Assembly (NCBI GenBank): GCA_963771885.1 | Contig: CAVYVF010000023.1 | Location: forward strand, 320,001 to 384,000 | Direction of reading: 5' to 3' | Origin: Candidatus Bathyarchaeota archaeon | Lineage (GTDB): Archaea > Thermoproteota > Bathyarchaeia > TCS64 | Length of the DNA stretch: 64,000 nt | Shown: positions 38,480 to 47,983 of the stretch, piece after piece | Position numbering within the stretch: position 1 is the first letter of the stretch | Layout of the letters: each line of letters starts with the position of its first letter | Made by a program: the position numbers and the translations under genes | The notes under the pieces: generated by a model | The model's input: the letters and a program-made list of their open reading frames with translations, nothing else | What the model was told of the DNA's origin: nothing | Databases searched by the model: none

Positions 38480-39591
38480 ATGGTCTTGATGCGGTAGACG
38501 ACGCGTCTGCCGTAGTCGGTGACGACCTTCGCGTAACCGGTGAGCTCGGTGTCGAGTGCCGGGTCGCCCGTGTCAACTAGGAGTGGCTTGCCGTGGAGAG
38601 TGGCGAGCTTCGCCGGCGTCGCCGCTATGACTATGTTCTTCAGACCTACGGCGCGTATGACGCGTGGGCTTATTTGCTGATTGCCTCGTCCGAAGACGAA
38701 TCCCTGGCCTCCGATGGCAGTAACTATAATCTTAGCTTTCTTCCCCGAGACCAGCTTGAGGAGCTGCTCCTCGTTCACGTCCGAGGCGACTATCCTGCGA
38801 TCTTTCACGACGTCGACGCCGAGGAGCGTCTTCACGAGTCCGAGGTGCTCGGCGACGCTGCTTACCGTAGAGCCAGGACCGAGGACATATAACGTCTCAG
38901 CGTCCATCTCGTCGGTGAGGTCCACCGCGATCGCCCTGAGGTTCTCCCCCTCGTCGACGGGGTTCGCCTCCTTACTCCCTTGAATGTACGCCTCATCCCG
39001 GGGTACGCGTAGGTAGCCGTAGAGGCGGGCGCTTAGCCGGTTGTCCCTGAAGGCGTCTTCATCGATGTCCATGACCTCTGCAAGCTGGACAGACCTCACC
39101 TCTTCGCGTAAGTACTTGGTTGCGAGGTCGCCAGCGGCGGCCGGCGAAACGGCGTAGACACCCGAGTGAATCTTGACACCTGTGGGTATACCGAGGGCTA
39201 CTACCCTGCCGTCCACTACCTCGCAGATGTCCCGCGCCGTGCCGTCGCCACCAGCGAATAGGAGAAGATCGACGCCAAGCCCCATCATCTCTGATGCAGC
39301 GGCCTTAGTGTCGGCAGAGGTCGTCTTGCCCGCTATTATCTTGCCTATGACCCTGGGTGCGAAGCCCGCCGTGCGCGCTTCGTCCTCCCCCATCTCCCTA
39401 GGGTAGGTGACAATTTCGACATCCTTCACGGTAGCGAGGTGCCTGAGTGCTTCCGTAGCCCTCCCCGGCGAGGTCTCAATGGCGCCCAGCTCCCTCGCCA
39501 TCCTCAGTGTCTCCGCGCCGTCACTACCCTTAAGCCCGACGCGTCCACCCATCCCCGCAACTGGGTTAACGATCAATCCGAGGCGCTTCAA
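38476..39591 (-). CDS. ATP-NAD kinase family protein
   Basis: GLIVNPVAGMGG-VGLKGSDG, GGDGTARD, GIPTGVKIHSGV, GGQGFVFGRGNQQ. Confidence 0.88.
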   Translation of the reverse strand: MKRLGLIVNPVAGMGGRVGLKGSDGAETLRMARELGAIETSPGRATEALRHLATVKDVEIVTYPREMGEDEARTAGFAPRVIGKIIAGKTTSADTKAAASEMMGLGVDLLLFAGGDGTARDICEVVDGRVVALGIPTGVKIHSGVYAVSPAAAGDLATKYLREEVRSVQLAEVMDIDEDAFRDNRLSARLYGYLRVPRDEAYIQGSKEANPVDEGENLRAIAVDLTDEMDAETLYVLGPGSTVSSVAEHLGLVKTLLGVDVVKDRRIVASDVNEEQLLKLVSGKKAKIIVTAIGGQGFVFGRGNQQISPRVIRAVGLKNIVIAATPAKLATLHGKPLLVDTGDPALDTELTGYAKVVTDYGRRVVYRIKTI

Positions 39592-39727
39592 CTACCCCTC
39601 AAGGAACAGTGGAGGCGGGAATTTAAACTCCACCCGCCCCAATTATTGAGTATATAGAAACTATTTGGGTTGCACTTATACACCCAGAAATGTGACTCTT
39701 AACTGAAGATAGGAGGAATTAAAAACC

Positions 39728-41578
39728 ATGTCGCTATTCGGTTCGGCAGGTGGTTCAATGGTCACATGGCTAATTATAGCCATAGTGTTACTCGTATTGC
39801 TACTGATCTTCATCCTACCCGGCTTCGCCCTGGTCCGGGACAACGAGGTAGGCATACTAACAAAGAAGATGTCTGGAAAGAAGCTCCCGCAGGGTAAAAT
39901 TATCGCCTCGGAGGGCGAGATCGGTGTCCAGGCTGACACCCTGATGCCTGGGCTATACTGGCGATTCCCAATAATCTGGAAAATAAACAAGAGCCGGGTC
40001 ACCCAGATACCCCAGGGCAGCATTGGCATAATCGAGTCAATAGACGGCCAACCCCTACAGAAGGGCAGACTCCTCGCCGACGACGTCGAGTGCAACTCCT
40101 TCCAGGACGCGAGGGCATTCCTGAGGAATGGGGGTAGGAAGGGGCCGCAGGTAGCCATCCTCCTCCCCGGTACCTACCGCATCAACACGGCGGTCTTCAG
40201 GATAGAGCTCACCCCAGCCCTTCAAGTGCCGAAGGAGATGGTAGGCGTAGTAGTCGCAATGGATGGCACGCCGCTCCCATCCGGTTACATTGTCGCACCC
40301 GCGCCAAAAGGGGATCATAAGCACTTCCAGGACGGCCAGGCTTTCATCAGTGCTGAGGGATATAGGGGGCCACAGCTTGAGACCCTCCAGCCCGGTGAGT
40401 ACTACATTAACAAGCGTCTATTCGCAGTCACCCTCTATAGCGTCGCCGTCGTCCCGCCGGGCTACGTCGCTGTGGTGATCTCCAGTGTCGGCAAGGAGCT
40501 CGCCAGCTCCCCCATGGCGCCCAGTATAACTATCACGCCCGACCTCAGTCAGCCCCTACACGAGGCCGTTGAGTCCCTGCTCATCACCGACAGGAACGAG
40601 CGCGGTATATTCAGGGATCCCATCGCCCCGGGCACGTACAACCTCAACATGATCGCCTACAAGGCTGAGCTAGTACCAACCAGCGCCATCACCATCGACT
40701 GGGCCAGCTCGCAGGGACCCGCCGAGACGAAGATAATTGGCCACCAGAAGGAGGAGGTGGGCCAGAGCGCCAAGATAACCGAGTTCTTCAAGTTCAGCCA
40801 GCTCAAGGTCACATCGAAAGACGGCTTCCAGTTAGACGTCGACGTAAGGCTCATCATACGCATCCCACCACCGAACGCCCCATTCGTCATCGCCCGCTTC
40901 GGAACCGTGAGCAACCTCATCGAGCAGGTCGCCCACCCACTCATCGACAGCAGCTTCCGTAACGAAGCAGGCAAGAAAGCGGCGATGGAGTTCGTGCACA
41001 GCCGCACCGAACTCCAGCTGCAGGCCCTCGAGAAAGCGCGTGAGGAGTTCAGCAAGTACCACGTCGAGGTCCAGGGACTGCTCATCGCCTATATCAACGT
41101 CGACACGCAGCTCCTCGAGACCCAGACAAAAAAGGAGATCGCTGTACAGCAGCAGAAGCAGTACGAGCAGGAGGCGCTTGCTCAGGAGCAGCGCATCGCC
41201 GTTGCCGAAAAAACCGCTAGGGCTAACCAGCAGGAGAATGTCATCTCTGCCAAACTCAGCATCGAGATCGCTGCGGACCGCGCCGAAGCAGCGCGCCGCG
41301 AGGCCGAAGGCATACGCGATGCAACCAAGACCAAGGCCGACGGTACCGCCTACGAGAATGAGCAGGTAGGCGAAGGTCTAGCTGCCGCGTACAGGGCGCA
41401 AACCGAGGTGCTCGGGCAGCAGAACGTCGCCGCACTCAAGCTCTTCGAGGAGATAGCCAACGGCAAGATAGTGATAACCCCCGAGGTACAGGTCACTGGG
41501 GGTGGAGAGAACTCGGGCAACCTCGTAAACGCCTTACTAGCTACGATGCTCAAAAAGAGCAAGACGACTACCCAATAA
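39728..41578 (+). CDS. SPFH/Band-7 (flotillin-like) membrane scaffold protein with N-terminal beta repeats
   Basis: N-terminal TM, repeated G-Q---L-PG-Y units, SKDGFQLDVDV SPFH core, Ala/Glu coiled coil. Confidence 0.85.
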   Translation: MSLFGSAGGSMVTWLIIAIVLLVLLLIFILPGFALVRDNEVGILTKKMSGKKLPQGKIIASEGEIGVQADTLMPGLYWRFPIIWKINKSRVTQIPQGSIGIIESIDGQPLQKGRLLADDVECNSFQDARAFLRNGGRKGPQVAILLPGTYRINTAVFRIELTPALQVPKEMVGVVVAMDGTPLPSGYIVAPAPKGDHKHFQDGQAFISAEGYRGPQLETLQPGEYYINKRLFAVTLYSVAVVPPGYVAVVISSVGKELASSPMAPSITITPDLSQPLHEAVESLLITDRNERGIFRDPIAPGTYNLNMIAYKAELVPTSAITIDWASSQGPAETKIIGHQKEEVGQSAKITEFFKFSQLKVTSKDGFQLDVDVRLIIRIPPPNAPFVIARFGTVSNLIEQVAHPLIDSSFRNEAGKKAAMEFVHSRTELQLQALEKAREEFSKYHVEVQGLLIAYINVDTQLLETQTKKEIAVQQQKQYEQEALAQEQRIAVAEKTARANQQENVISAKLSIEIAADRAEAARREAEGIRDATKTKADGTAYENEQVGEGLAAAYRAQTEVLGQQNVAALKLFEEIANGKIVITPEVQVTGGGENSGNLVNALLATMLKKSKTTTQ

Positions 41579-41988
41579 TTTTTTTAACCCTTCTCGGGGG
41601 CTTACCCGTGAAAACGTTGACACCTGTTACTGGGCTCCCTGCGAGCCTCTTGAAGCTGTTTATCTGCCCCGTAAACGTCAGGGCGTCCGAGAACGGACCA
41701 TTTACCATGTTCCCGAACGGCTTATCACGTATACGGAGCCTGTTAAGTCCTCGTCGCTTATCGCCAGCGCGCACGCGAGGCGCTCACCCAGTTCACGAGT
41801 TCCCAGATGTATAAGACGAGTTCCCCAACACTCATCATGTCATCGGCGGGGCGAAAGGAGAAGTCATCTGGGCGTAGCCATTTAGTGGCTCAATAGAAGC
41901 GGAACCCGAGACCGTCGAGCATTCGCTGAAGCACAGATGTGCCCGAAATGTGATCAGGGTGTTCAGGAATTCTATAGTAATCGTCCAT
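41568..41988 (-). pseudogene. Degraded DinB-like protein gene
   Basis: MDDYYRIPEHP...RMLDGLGFRFY*AT with in-frame TGA at 41892; C-terminal NGPFSDALTFTGQINSFKRLAGSP in another frame. Confidence 0.6.
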
Positions 41989-42027
41989 CTTTCTCACGTT
42001 CGCGCCTTTCCCTAAAAATTTGAGTGG

Positions 42028-43281
42028 CTACTGCTTATTGCACCAGCGGAGTATACTGATGGCGTAAGTCTTCGCTGCCGCCTTGAGGCTGTCGATGCTC
42101 ACGGACTCGTTAGCGGTGTGCGCCTGCCGCAGTTCTCCTGGGCCGAAGATCATCGTTGGTGTATTTCCAAGGTTGACGAGTAGGCGCATATCGCTACTGT
42201 ACGTTTTCCCCTCGACCTTCGGCGTGGAGCCTGAGACGTCCCTGTACGCCGCCTTGACAGTCTCCATAATCGGGTGGTCGCTAGGTATCTTGGCGGGGTC
42301 GAAACGGTAGCCGTTCCAGTCGACCACTGGCTGGTGTGTCTTGAGCCAAGGGTCAGCGTCAGCCGCCCTCTTCACCGCGGACTCTACCTGCCTCTTGACC
42401 AGATCGCAGGTCTCGTCGGTGTGGACACCGACGCGTCCCTCGAAGTAGAGGTTCTCGGGGACGGTACCAGGCCACTCGCCGCCTACTATCTTGCCTATGC
42501 TGAGGGGGGAGGGTACGTCGAAGCTGGCGTATAGGGGGTCCTTGATGCGGGCATTCCTCTCTGCCTCGAGCCTCTTCAGTGCCTCGTAGAGGGGGAGGAA
42601 CTTGTCAATGGCACTTACGCCGTCTGTGCGGAGGCTGGCGTGCGCTGCTTTGCCCTGGACGGTGACGCGGAATGCCATGACGCCGGCGTGGGCTGGGACG
42701 GCACTGAGCTCGCTGGGTTCGGGGACTATCGCAGCGTCCGCCCTGTAGCCCCTGAGAACCGCGTCTAGTGCGCCTACGCCGCCGTCCTCCTCGCCGATGA
42801 CAGTCTCAAGCATCATCTTACCCTTAAGAGGCGTGCCCGAGTCTACGATTGCCTTCATAGCATATAGTGCGGCGACTATTCCTCCTTTCATGTCGGCGGA
42901 GCCTCGCCCGTAGACACGCCCTTCGGAGATAGTTCCCTTCCACGGCGGGTACCTCCACTTCGACTCGTCGCCGGGGGAGACTACATCTATGTGCCCATTG
43001 ACCATCAGGCTTGGTCCCTTTCCCTCGCCGTAGCTTGCGAGTACCCCGATGCCCTCCTTCCGGGGGATCGGCATGCTGAATGCGGGGTGGTGCTTGATCT
43101 TCTCGAAGTCGACGTCCCACGTCTCAACGGCAAGTCCCAACTCCCTCATGTTAGCGGCGATGTTCCTCTGAGCGGCCGTCTCCTGCCCTCCAACGCTAGG
43201 CACCGAAATCAGCTCGCAGAGATACTCAACGAGTCCGTCGACGTCGATTGAGTCCAGAACCCGCCTCTCAACTTCCCTCAT
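42028..43281 (-). CDS. M20 family ArgE/DapE-like deacylase/peptidase
   Basis: NGHIDVV, GRGSADMKGG, GEEDGG, EP, GKAAHA, FGPG...AHTANE. Confidence 0.9.
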   Translation of the reverse strand: MREVERRVLDSIDVDGLVEYLCELISVPSVGGQETAAQRNIAANMRELGLAVETWDVDFEKIKHHPAFSMPIPRKEGIGVLASYGEGKGPSLMVNGHIDVVSPGDESKWRYPPWKGTISEGRVYGRGSADMKGGIVAALYAMKAIVDSGTPLKGKMMLETVIGEEDGGVGALDAVLRGYRADAAIVPEPSELSAVPAHAGVMAFRVTVQGKAAHASLRTDGVSAIDKFLPLYEALKRLEAERNARIKDPLYASFDVPSPLSIGKIVGGEWPGTVPENLYFEGRVGVHTDETCDLVKRQVESAVKRAADADPWLKTHQPVVDWNGYRFDPAKIPSDHPIMETVKAAYRDVSGSTPKVEGKTYSSDMRLLVNLGNTPTMIFGPGELRQAHTANESVSIDSLKAAAKTYAISILRWCNKQ

Positions 43282-43385
43282 AAGCTTCAGGAGTATGGGC
43301 GCCGCCTAAGCATTATAGCCTTACCCGACGTGCGCGAAGCGTTAAAACCGGCACGAAGACTCATTCATGGTATAGGTGCCACGAG

Positions 43386-44411
43386 ATGCGCACAGTTGTT
43401 AAGAGCAAACCCGCCCCCGGCGTTGAGTTCGCCGAGGTACCCAAACCAGAGATCGCCCCCGACGAGGTGCTAATAGAAGTAAAGGCAGCCGCCATTTGCG
43501 GCAGTGACCTCGGCATCTACGACTACACCCCCGCCTACTCGAAGATGAGGCTCCCCGTCGTTATGGGACATGAGTTCTCGGGCAGGGTCACCGAGGTGGG
43601 GAAGGAGGTAAAGGGTTACAAGGCGGGCGACAGGGTCCTCGCCGAATCCGTAAAGGCATGCGGAGTATGCATCTACTGCCGCTCGGGGTACGAGAACCTC
43701 TGCGACGCCTCTACCCTATTCGGCATACACGTCGACGGCGGAATGGCGGAGTACGTCGCCGTCCCCTGCAAGCTCCTGCACAGGCTCCCTGACGAGCTCG
43801 ACTATGACATCGGCGCCTTAATCGAGCCTCTGAGCAACGCCCTCCACTTCGTAAAGGACTGTACCCCCGTCAAGCTCGGCGATCAAGTCGTCGTCCAAGG
43901 TTGTGGCCCCATCGGCCTATTCAGTGCCCAGCTCTTCCGATTAGCAGGGGCTGAGGTCATCGTCACGGGCGTCAACGTAGATACGGAGCGGTTCAAGATT
44001 GCGGAGGGGCTCGGCTTAGAGACAGTGAACGTGGAAAAGGAGGATCTCGCTAAAATCGTGTTGGAGAAGACGGGTGGGCGTGGTGCCGACACAGCCTTCG
44101 TCGCCACCGGTGCGCCACCCGCTGTCGCACAGGCAGCCCAGATAGTAAAGAAGAGAGGCCAGATTACCGTCATAGGAATATTCGGGCGCCCCGTCGAGCT
44201 CCCCCTAACCCAGATGGTGCGGAGAGAGATCACCCTAAGCGGCGCATATGACGCGAAGCCAGAGAACTTTGACCAATCCATAGAGCTCGCGAAGAGCGGC
44301 GCCGTTAAGGTCGAGGATCTCATCACACACCGCTTCCCCCTCGAAAATGCAAATGAGGCGTTCGAGGCGGCAAAGAGCCGCGTCGGTTGCAAGGTCCTCT
44401 TCGTTCCCTAG
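43386..44411 (+). CDS. Zinc-dependent medium-chain alcohol dehydrogenase (Tdh/sorbitol DH-like)
   Basis: ICGSD, GHEFSG, CGVCIYCRSG---LC, GCGPIG. Confidence 0.92.
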   Translation: MRTVVKSKPAPGVEFAEVPKPEIAPDEVLIEVKAAAICGSDLGIYDYTPAYSKMRLPVVMGHEFSGRVTEVGKEVKGYKAGDRVLAESVKACGVCIYCRSGYENLCDASTLFGIHVDGGMAEYVAVPCKLLHRLPDELDYDIGALIEPLSNALHFVKDCTPVKLGDQVVVQGCGPIGLFSAQLFRLAGAEVIVTGVNVDTERFKIAEGLGLETVNVEKEDLAKIVLEKTGGRGADTAFVATGAPPAVAQAAQIVKKRGQITVIGIFGRPVELPLTQMVRREITLSGAYDAKPENFDQSIELAKSGAVKVEDLITHRFPLENANEAFEAAKSRVGCKVLFVP

Positions 44412-44762
44412 ACCTAATTAGCGCCATTTTCAGCCTCGAATCGGTCACGTTGTTCAGGATCGAGAGGTCGATAGCCGCCTGAGGTGACGGATGGGCGTCG
44501 CGTCCTCATCGACCGGTTCAGACCCATAGGTGTCAGTAAGGAGAGGGCAAGGATAGACTAGTGGCTCAAGGAGACGGCGCTAGACAACCAAGCTGTCGCC
44601 TTTAAAGCACTCCTCCTAACTTCCAAAAGTATATCACCTGCAGGGCAGAGATCCTCTTCCCATTCTTGACGAACCTACTCGCCAGTTGACTATATATCCT
44701 ATATTTTCTACGTCGCCAAACCCTATAGCCCAAGGAAAGCACGTCTATATTAGGTGAATGAA

Positions 44763-45011
44763 ATGGACGCGGCGACTACTGCGGCGGTTGCGGCTGAGGC
44801 CCACGCTAGCGGCTACAGGCTCAAGTTTGACAGGGAGGATTTCCTCCAACTCGTCGACATAGCCAAGCCCCGTATCATCTATCGGCGAGGCAAAAACCAC
44901 CTATTCTCCTACGACGGCTTCGTCATGTATAGCCAGAAGTGCAGCGACGAGGACTTAAAGGCCAAGATAATCCACGCCATCGAGTTCAGCAACTACAGCT
45001 GGGAGACCTAG
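44763..45011 (+). CDS. Small hypothetical protein
   Basis: SD GGTGA, host-like codon use, 82 aa. Confidence 0.6.
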   Translation: MDAATTAAVAAEAHASGYRLKFDREDFLQLVDIAKPRIIYRRGKNHLFSYDGFVMYSQKCSDEDLKAKIIHAIEFSNYSWET

Positions 45012-45070
45012 TACCCGTTCTGTCCCATCGGGGCGTGACCATCACCGCCCCGATGCGAGCATCAGCCGTT

Positions 45071-45086
45071 GGAAAACCTTTATAAT
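45071..45086 (+). promoter_or_regulatory. BRE/TATA promoter for rpl13-rps9-rpl13e
   Basis: GGAAAACCTTTATAAT upstream of rpl13. Confidence 0.6.
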
Positions 45087-45150
45087 ATCAGACGTGATGT
45101 AGGCAGGGTGCATCAGGCAGCCTGAGCCGATGAAAGTGGTTGAATCACCG

Positions 45151-45588
45151 ATGAGTACAAGGACAGTCATAGACGCCGACGGCCTCATATTGGGTAGGAT
45201 GGCCAGCGTCATAGCCAAGAGGCTTCTAGCCGGCGAAACGATTGAGCTAGTGAATGCGCAGAACGTCGTCATCTCCGGTAACAAGGGCAAGCTGGTCGAG
45301 GAGTGGAAGGAGTTCGTCCACGTCGGAGGATTCGGCAAGGGCCCGGTCCATCACAGGAGGCCCCACGAGATCGTCCGCAGGACCGTACGCGGTATGCTCC
45401 CATACAGGATCCCGAAGGGCGAGGCCGCCTACAAGAGGCTGCACGTCCACCTCGGCATCCCCGATGAGTTCGCTAAGGCGGAGATGGAGAAGATGCCCGA
45501 GTACCACAGCAGTAAGCTCAACCACAGAGGAGTCACAGTCGGCGAGCTCGCGGAGAGCATCGGCTGGAACAAGATGGGAGTAGAGTAA
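45151..45588 (+). CDS. rpl13: 50S ribosomal protein L13 (uL13)
   Basis: IDADGLILGRMAS, RRTVRGMLP, RLHVHLGIP. Confidence 0.96.
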   Translation: MSTRTVIDADGLILGRMASVIAKRLLAGETIELVNAQNVVISGNKGKLVEEWKEFVHVGGFGKGPVHHRRPHEIVRRTVRGMLPYRIPKGEAAYKRLHVHLGIPDEFAKAEMEKMPEYHSSKLNHRGVTVGELAESIGWNKMGVE

Positions 45589-45589
45589 G

Positions 45590-46018
45590 ATGTCCGCAGC
45601 ACCAGCAGCAGTCCCCAAGAAAAAGTCCACGATCACAACCGGCAAGCGCAAGACCGCGAAGGCACGCGTCGCTGTAACCGAGGGCAAGGGCAGGGTAAGG
45701 ATCAACAACATTCCCGTCCACCTACACCAGCCCATAATGGCACGCGAGATGGTTCTCGAACCATTCCTCATCGCGGGTGACATCGGGACCAAGCTCGATG
45801 TTGACATTCAGGTCCAGGGCGGCGGCCCCCTCAGTCAGGCGGAGGCGGCGCGCATGGGGCTAGCACAGGGGCTCGTTAAGTACACGAAGAGCAAGAGGCT
45901 CAAGAGCACATTCATCGAGCACGACCGCACGATGCTCAGCGGAGACGCGCGCAGGAAGGAGCCGAAGAAGTTCGGTGGACCAAGCGCACGCAGGCGTAAG
46001 CAGAAGAGCTACAGGTGA
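45590..46018 (+). CDS. rps9: 30S ribosomal protein S9 (uS9)
   Basis: GKRKTAKAR, GGGPLSQAEA, RRKEPKKFGGPSARRRKQKSYR. Confidence 0.97.
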   Translation: MSAAPAAVPKKKSTITTGKRKTAKARVAVTEGKGRVRINNIPVHLHQPIMAREMVLEPFLIAGDIGTKLDVDIQVQGGGPLSQAEAARMGLAQGLVKYTKSKRLKSTFIEHDRTMLSGDARRKEPKKFGGPSARRRKQKSYR

Positions 46019-46023
46019 CCTGA

Positions 46024-46326
46024 ATGCCCAGCTTTATTTCGCCTATGGTTTTCCGCCCCGAGACTGTTCGTGAGGGTCGAGGCTTTAGTCTCGCAGAGAT
46101 TCAGGCCGCTGGTTTGAACGCTGGCGAGGCGAAGATCCTCGGCGTCCCAGTGGACTTGCGCAGGAAGTCGAACCATGAGGAGAATGTCGAGATTCTCAAG
46201 GACTTCGCCGCACAGGCGAAGGAGAGCGGCGTAAAGATGCCGAAGCCGAAGCAAACCTCGAAGGGTCAGCGTGGCAGGGCGCAGCGCAGCGTCACCAAGG
46301 CCGGACACAAGAGTAGGGGCATCTAA
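46024..46326 (+). CDS. rpl13e: 50S ribosomal protein L13e (eL13)
   Basis: [16 protein letters not shown]...[16 protein letters not shown]. Confidence 0.9.
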   Translation: MPSFISPMVFRPETVREGRGFSLAEIQAAGLNAGEAKILGVPVDLRRKSNHEENVEILKDFAAQAKESGVKMPKPKQTSKGQRGRAQRSVTKAGHKSRGI

Positions 46327-46404
46327 ACCCCCTTATCTTCTCGAAAGCATCTACACCCTCTACGGTGTAGTGGGTTGAAAATGAAAAAATGAGCCTCTTC
46401 GGCT

Positions 46405-47559
46405 CTACTTGTTCTTTACTGCTTTCTCAATCCTGTCGAGGGCCTCGCCGAGGATGGACTCGCTTGTAGCGATGGTCATCCTCATGTGCATCTCGCCCTC
46501 TGGACCGAACTCTGTTCCTGTGCCGAGGCCGACTTTCGCCGTCTCCATCATGAGCTTCTCGAGTTCCTTGTGGGTCATCTTCACGTTGAATTTGGGGAAC
46601 ATTAGGTAGGTGCCCTGCAGCTCGGGTACGGTGCAGCCCATCTCGGTGAAGCGCTTCGTAGCGATTCCCCTGATCTTGTGGAGGTGGTTCATGATGTCCT
46701 TGACCCAGTACTCGCTGTGCCTATCGAGTGCAGCTTGGGCGGCGACGAGGCTGAGCGTTGTGGTGCCGCGGAGCACGCCCTTGGCGCGCTTCTTGAGGCT
46801 CTCCATCACATTCGGGGTGGCGGTCAGGTAGCCGCACTGGAGGCCGGGGAGGCCCCACGTCTTACTGATGCCCCAGCTCGTCACCGTGAGGTCAGCGACC
46901 TCGGGGCTGAGCGTTGCGAGGCTGACGTGCTGCCTGCCGTCGAAGACTATGTCGTCCCAGAGCTCGTCGACCATGATGTTGATCTTGTTGTCGACTGCGA
47001 TGTCGGCAATGCCCTTGAGCTCTTCCTTTGTCATGACACGGCCACTGGGGTTGTGGGGGTTGCAGACGAAGATGAGCTTCGTCTTATTCGTGACAGCTTT
47101 CTTGAGTCCTTCGATGTCGAACTTGTAGCCGTCCTCCTCATGGATCTTCCAGTAGCTGGGCTTCATCTGGCAGGTTTCAACGGCGGTGAAGAATGGGTAA
47201 TACATGGGGTCGGTGACTACGATCTCATCACCGGGCTTCGCTCCGCTGTTCTGGATGGAGAGCCACATCGCTGGGATGACGCCCTGCGTGACGTAGATGT
47301 CATCCTTGGTGAGCTTGAAGCCATTCTTCTTGTTGACCCTCTCCGCCATCGCGGCGCGGGCCTTGTCGTCGGTGTTGTAGAGCAGGTCCTCGTCCTGAAC
47401 CGCGTTGATGAGCGCCTTCTTGATCATGGGTGCAGTCGCGAAGTCGGGGTCCGCGAGCCACATGCCGATGACATCTGGGGGGTCGCGGTGCCACTTTATG
47501 CCGGGCGCCGCGAGCATGCCCTCGATGGTTGATGAGTTGAGTACATCCTCGTTGTACAT
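46405..47559 (-). CDS. PLP-dependent class I/II aminotransferase, MalY/PatB-like
   Basis: IKW, MWLADPDF, CNPHNPSGRV, DELW, SKTWGLPGL. Confidence 0.88.
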   Translation of the reverse strand: MYNEDVLNSSTIEGMLAAPGIKWHRDPPDVIGMWLADPDFATAPMIKKALINAVQDEDLLYNTDDKARAAMAERVNKKNGFKLTKDDIYVTQGVIPAMWLSIQNSGAKPGDEIVVTDPMYYPFFTAVETCQMKPSYWKIHEEDGYKFDIEGLKKAVTNKTKLIFVCNPHNPSGRVMTKEELKGIADIAVDNKINIMVDELWDDIVFDGRQHVSLATLSPEVADLTVTSWGISKTWGLPGLQCGYLTATPNVMESLKKRAKGVLRGTTTLSLVAAQAALDRHSEYWVKDIMNHLHKIRGIATKRFTEMGCTVPELQGTYLMFPKFNVKMTHKELEKLMMETAKVGLGTGTEFGPEGEMHMRMTIATSESILGEALDRIEKAVKNK

Positions 47560-47691
47560 AATCCGTTCACTCTTAGCGATTGAAGTGTCCAGCGGATGGT
47601 AATAATCGTTTTGATGGGTTTTCAATCATCTTTGAAGGGCGGAAAACGATAACGATATAAGAGTAATGGCAAACGCTTACGGGAGAATGGT

Positions 47692-47970
47692 ATGAAGATT
47701 CTCCTCTACTTCGACTGGGCGGGCAGCAGAAAGGAGCTTAGGGAGCATGATAAGAGGATGCAGAAGGCCGCCAAGGAAGTCGGCGTCGAGTACATGGGTA
47801 TCCACGGCTCCATGAATCAGAAGTGGAACTACTGCTGGCTCTTCGACGCCCGCAGCTATGACCATTTCATGGAGATGACCGCCAAGATTCCGAGGCCACC
47901 TCAGATGACTCACTACGTTACAGAGCACCTCATTCCCGTAAAACTCCCAGTCGACGAGCCAAACATGTAG
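47692..47970 (+). CDS. Small hypothetical protein
   Basis: 92-aa ORF, host-like codon use, divergent promoter region. Confidence 0.65.
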   Translation: MKILLYFDWAGSRKELREHDKRMQKAAKEVGVEYMGIHGSMNQKWNYCWLFDARSYDHFMEMTAKIPRPPQMTHYVTEHLIPVKLPVDEPNM

Positions 47971-47983
47971 GAGCCCCGCTTTC

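Noticed and set aside
41890..41892. In-frame TGA as selenocysteine or recoded Trp
   Set aside because: TGA is used as a stop throughout the window, and the gene has other lesions
18530..45070. Genomic island integrated at tRNA-Lys
   Set aside because: No duplicated tRNA 3' end or integrase found; the content is housekeeping or metabolic
45094..45150. Possible C/D box sRNA or k-turn before rpl13 (GTGATGT...CTGA...ATGA)
   Set aside because: Imperfect C box that probably lies upstream of the TSS implied by the TATA box; no terminal D box
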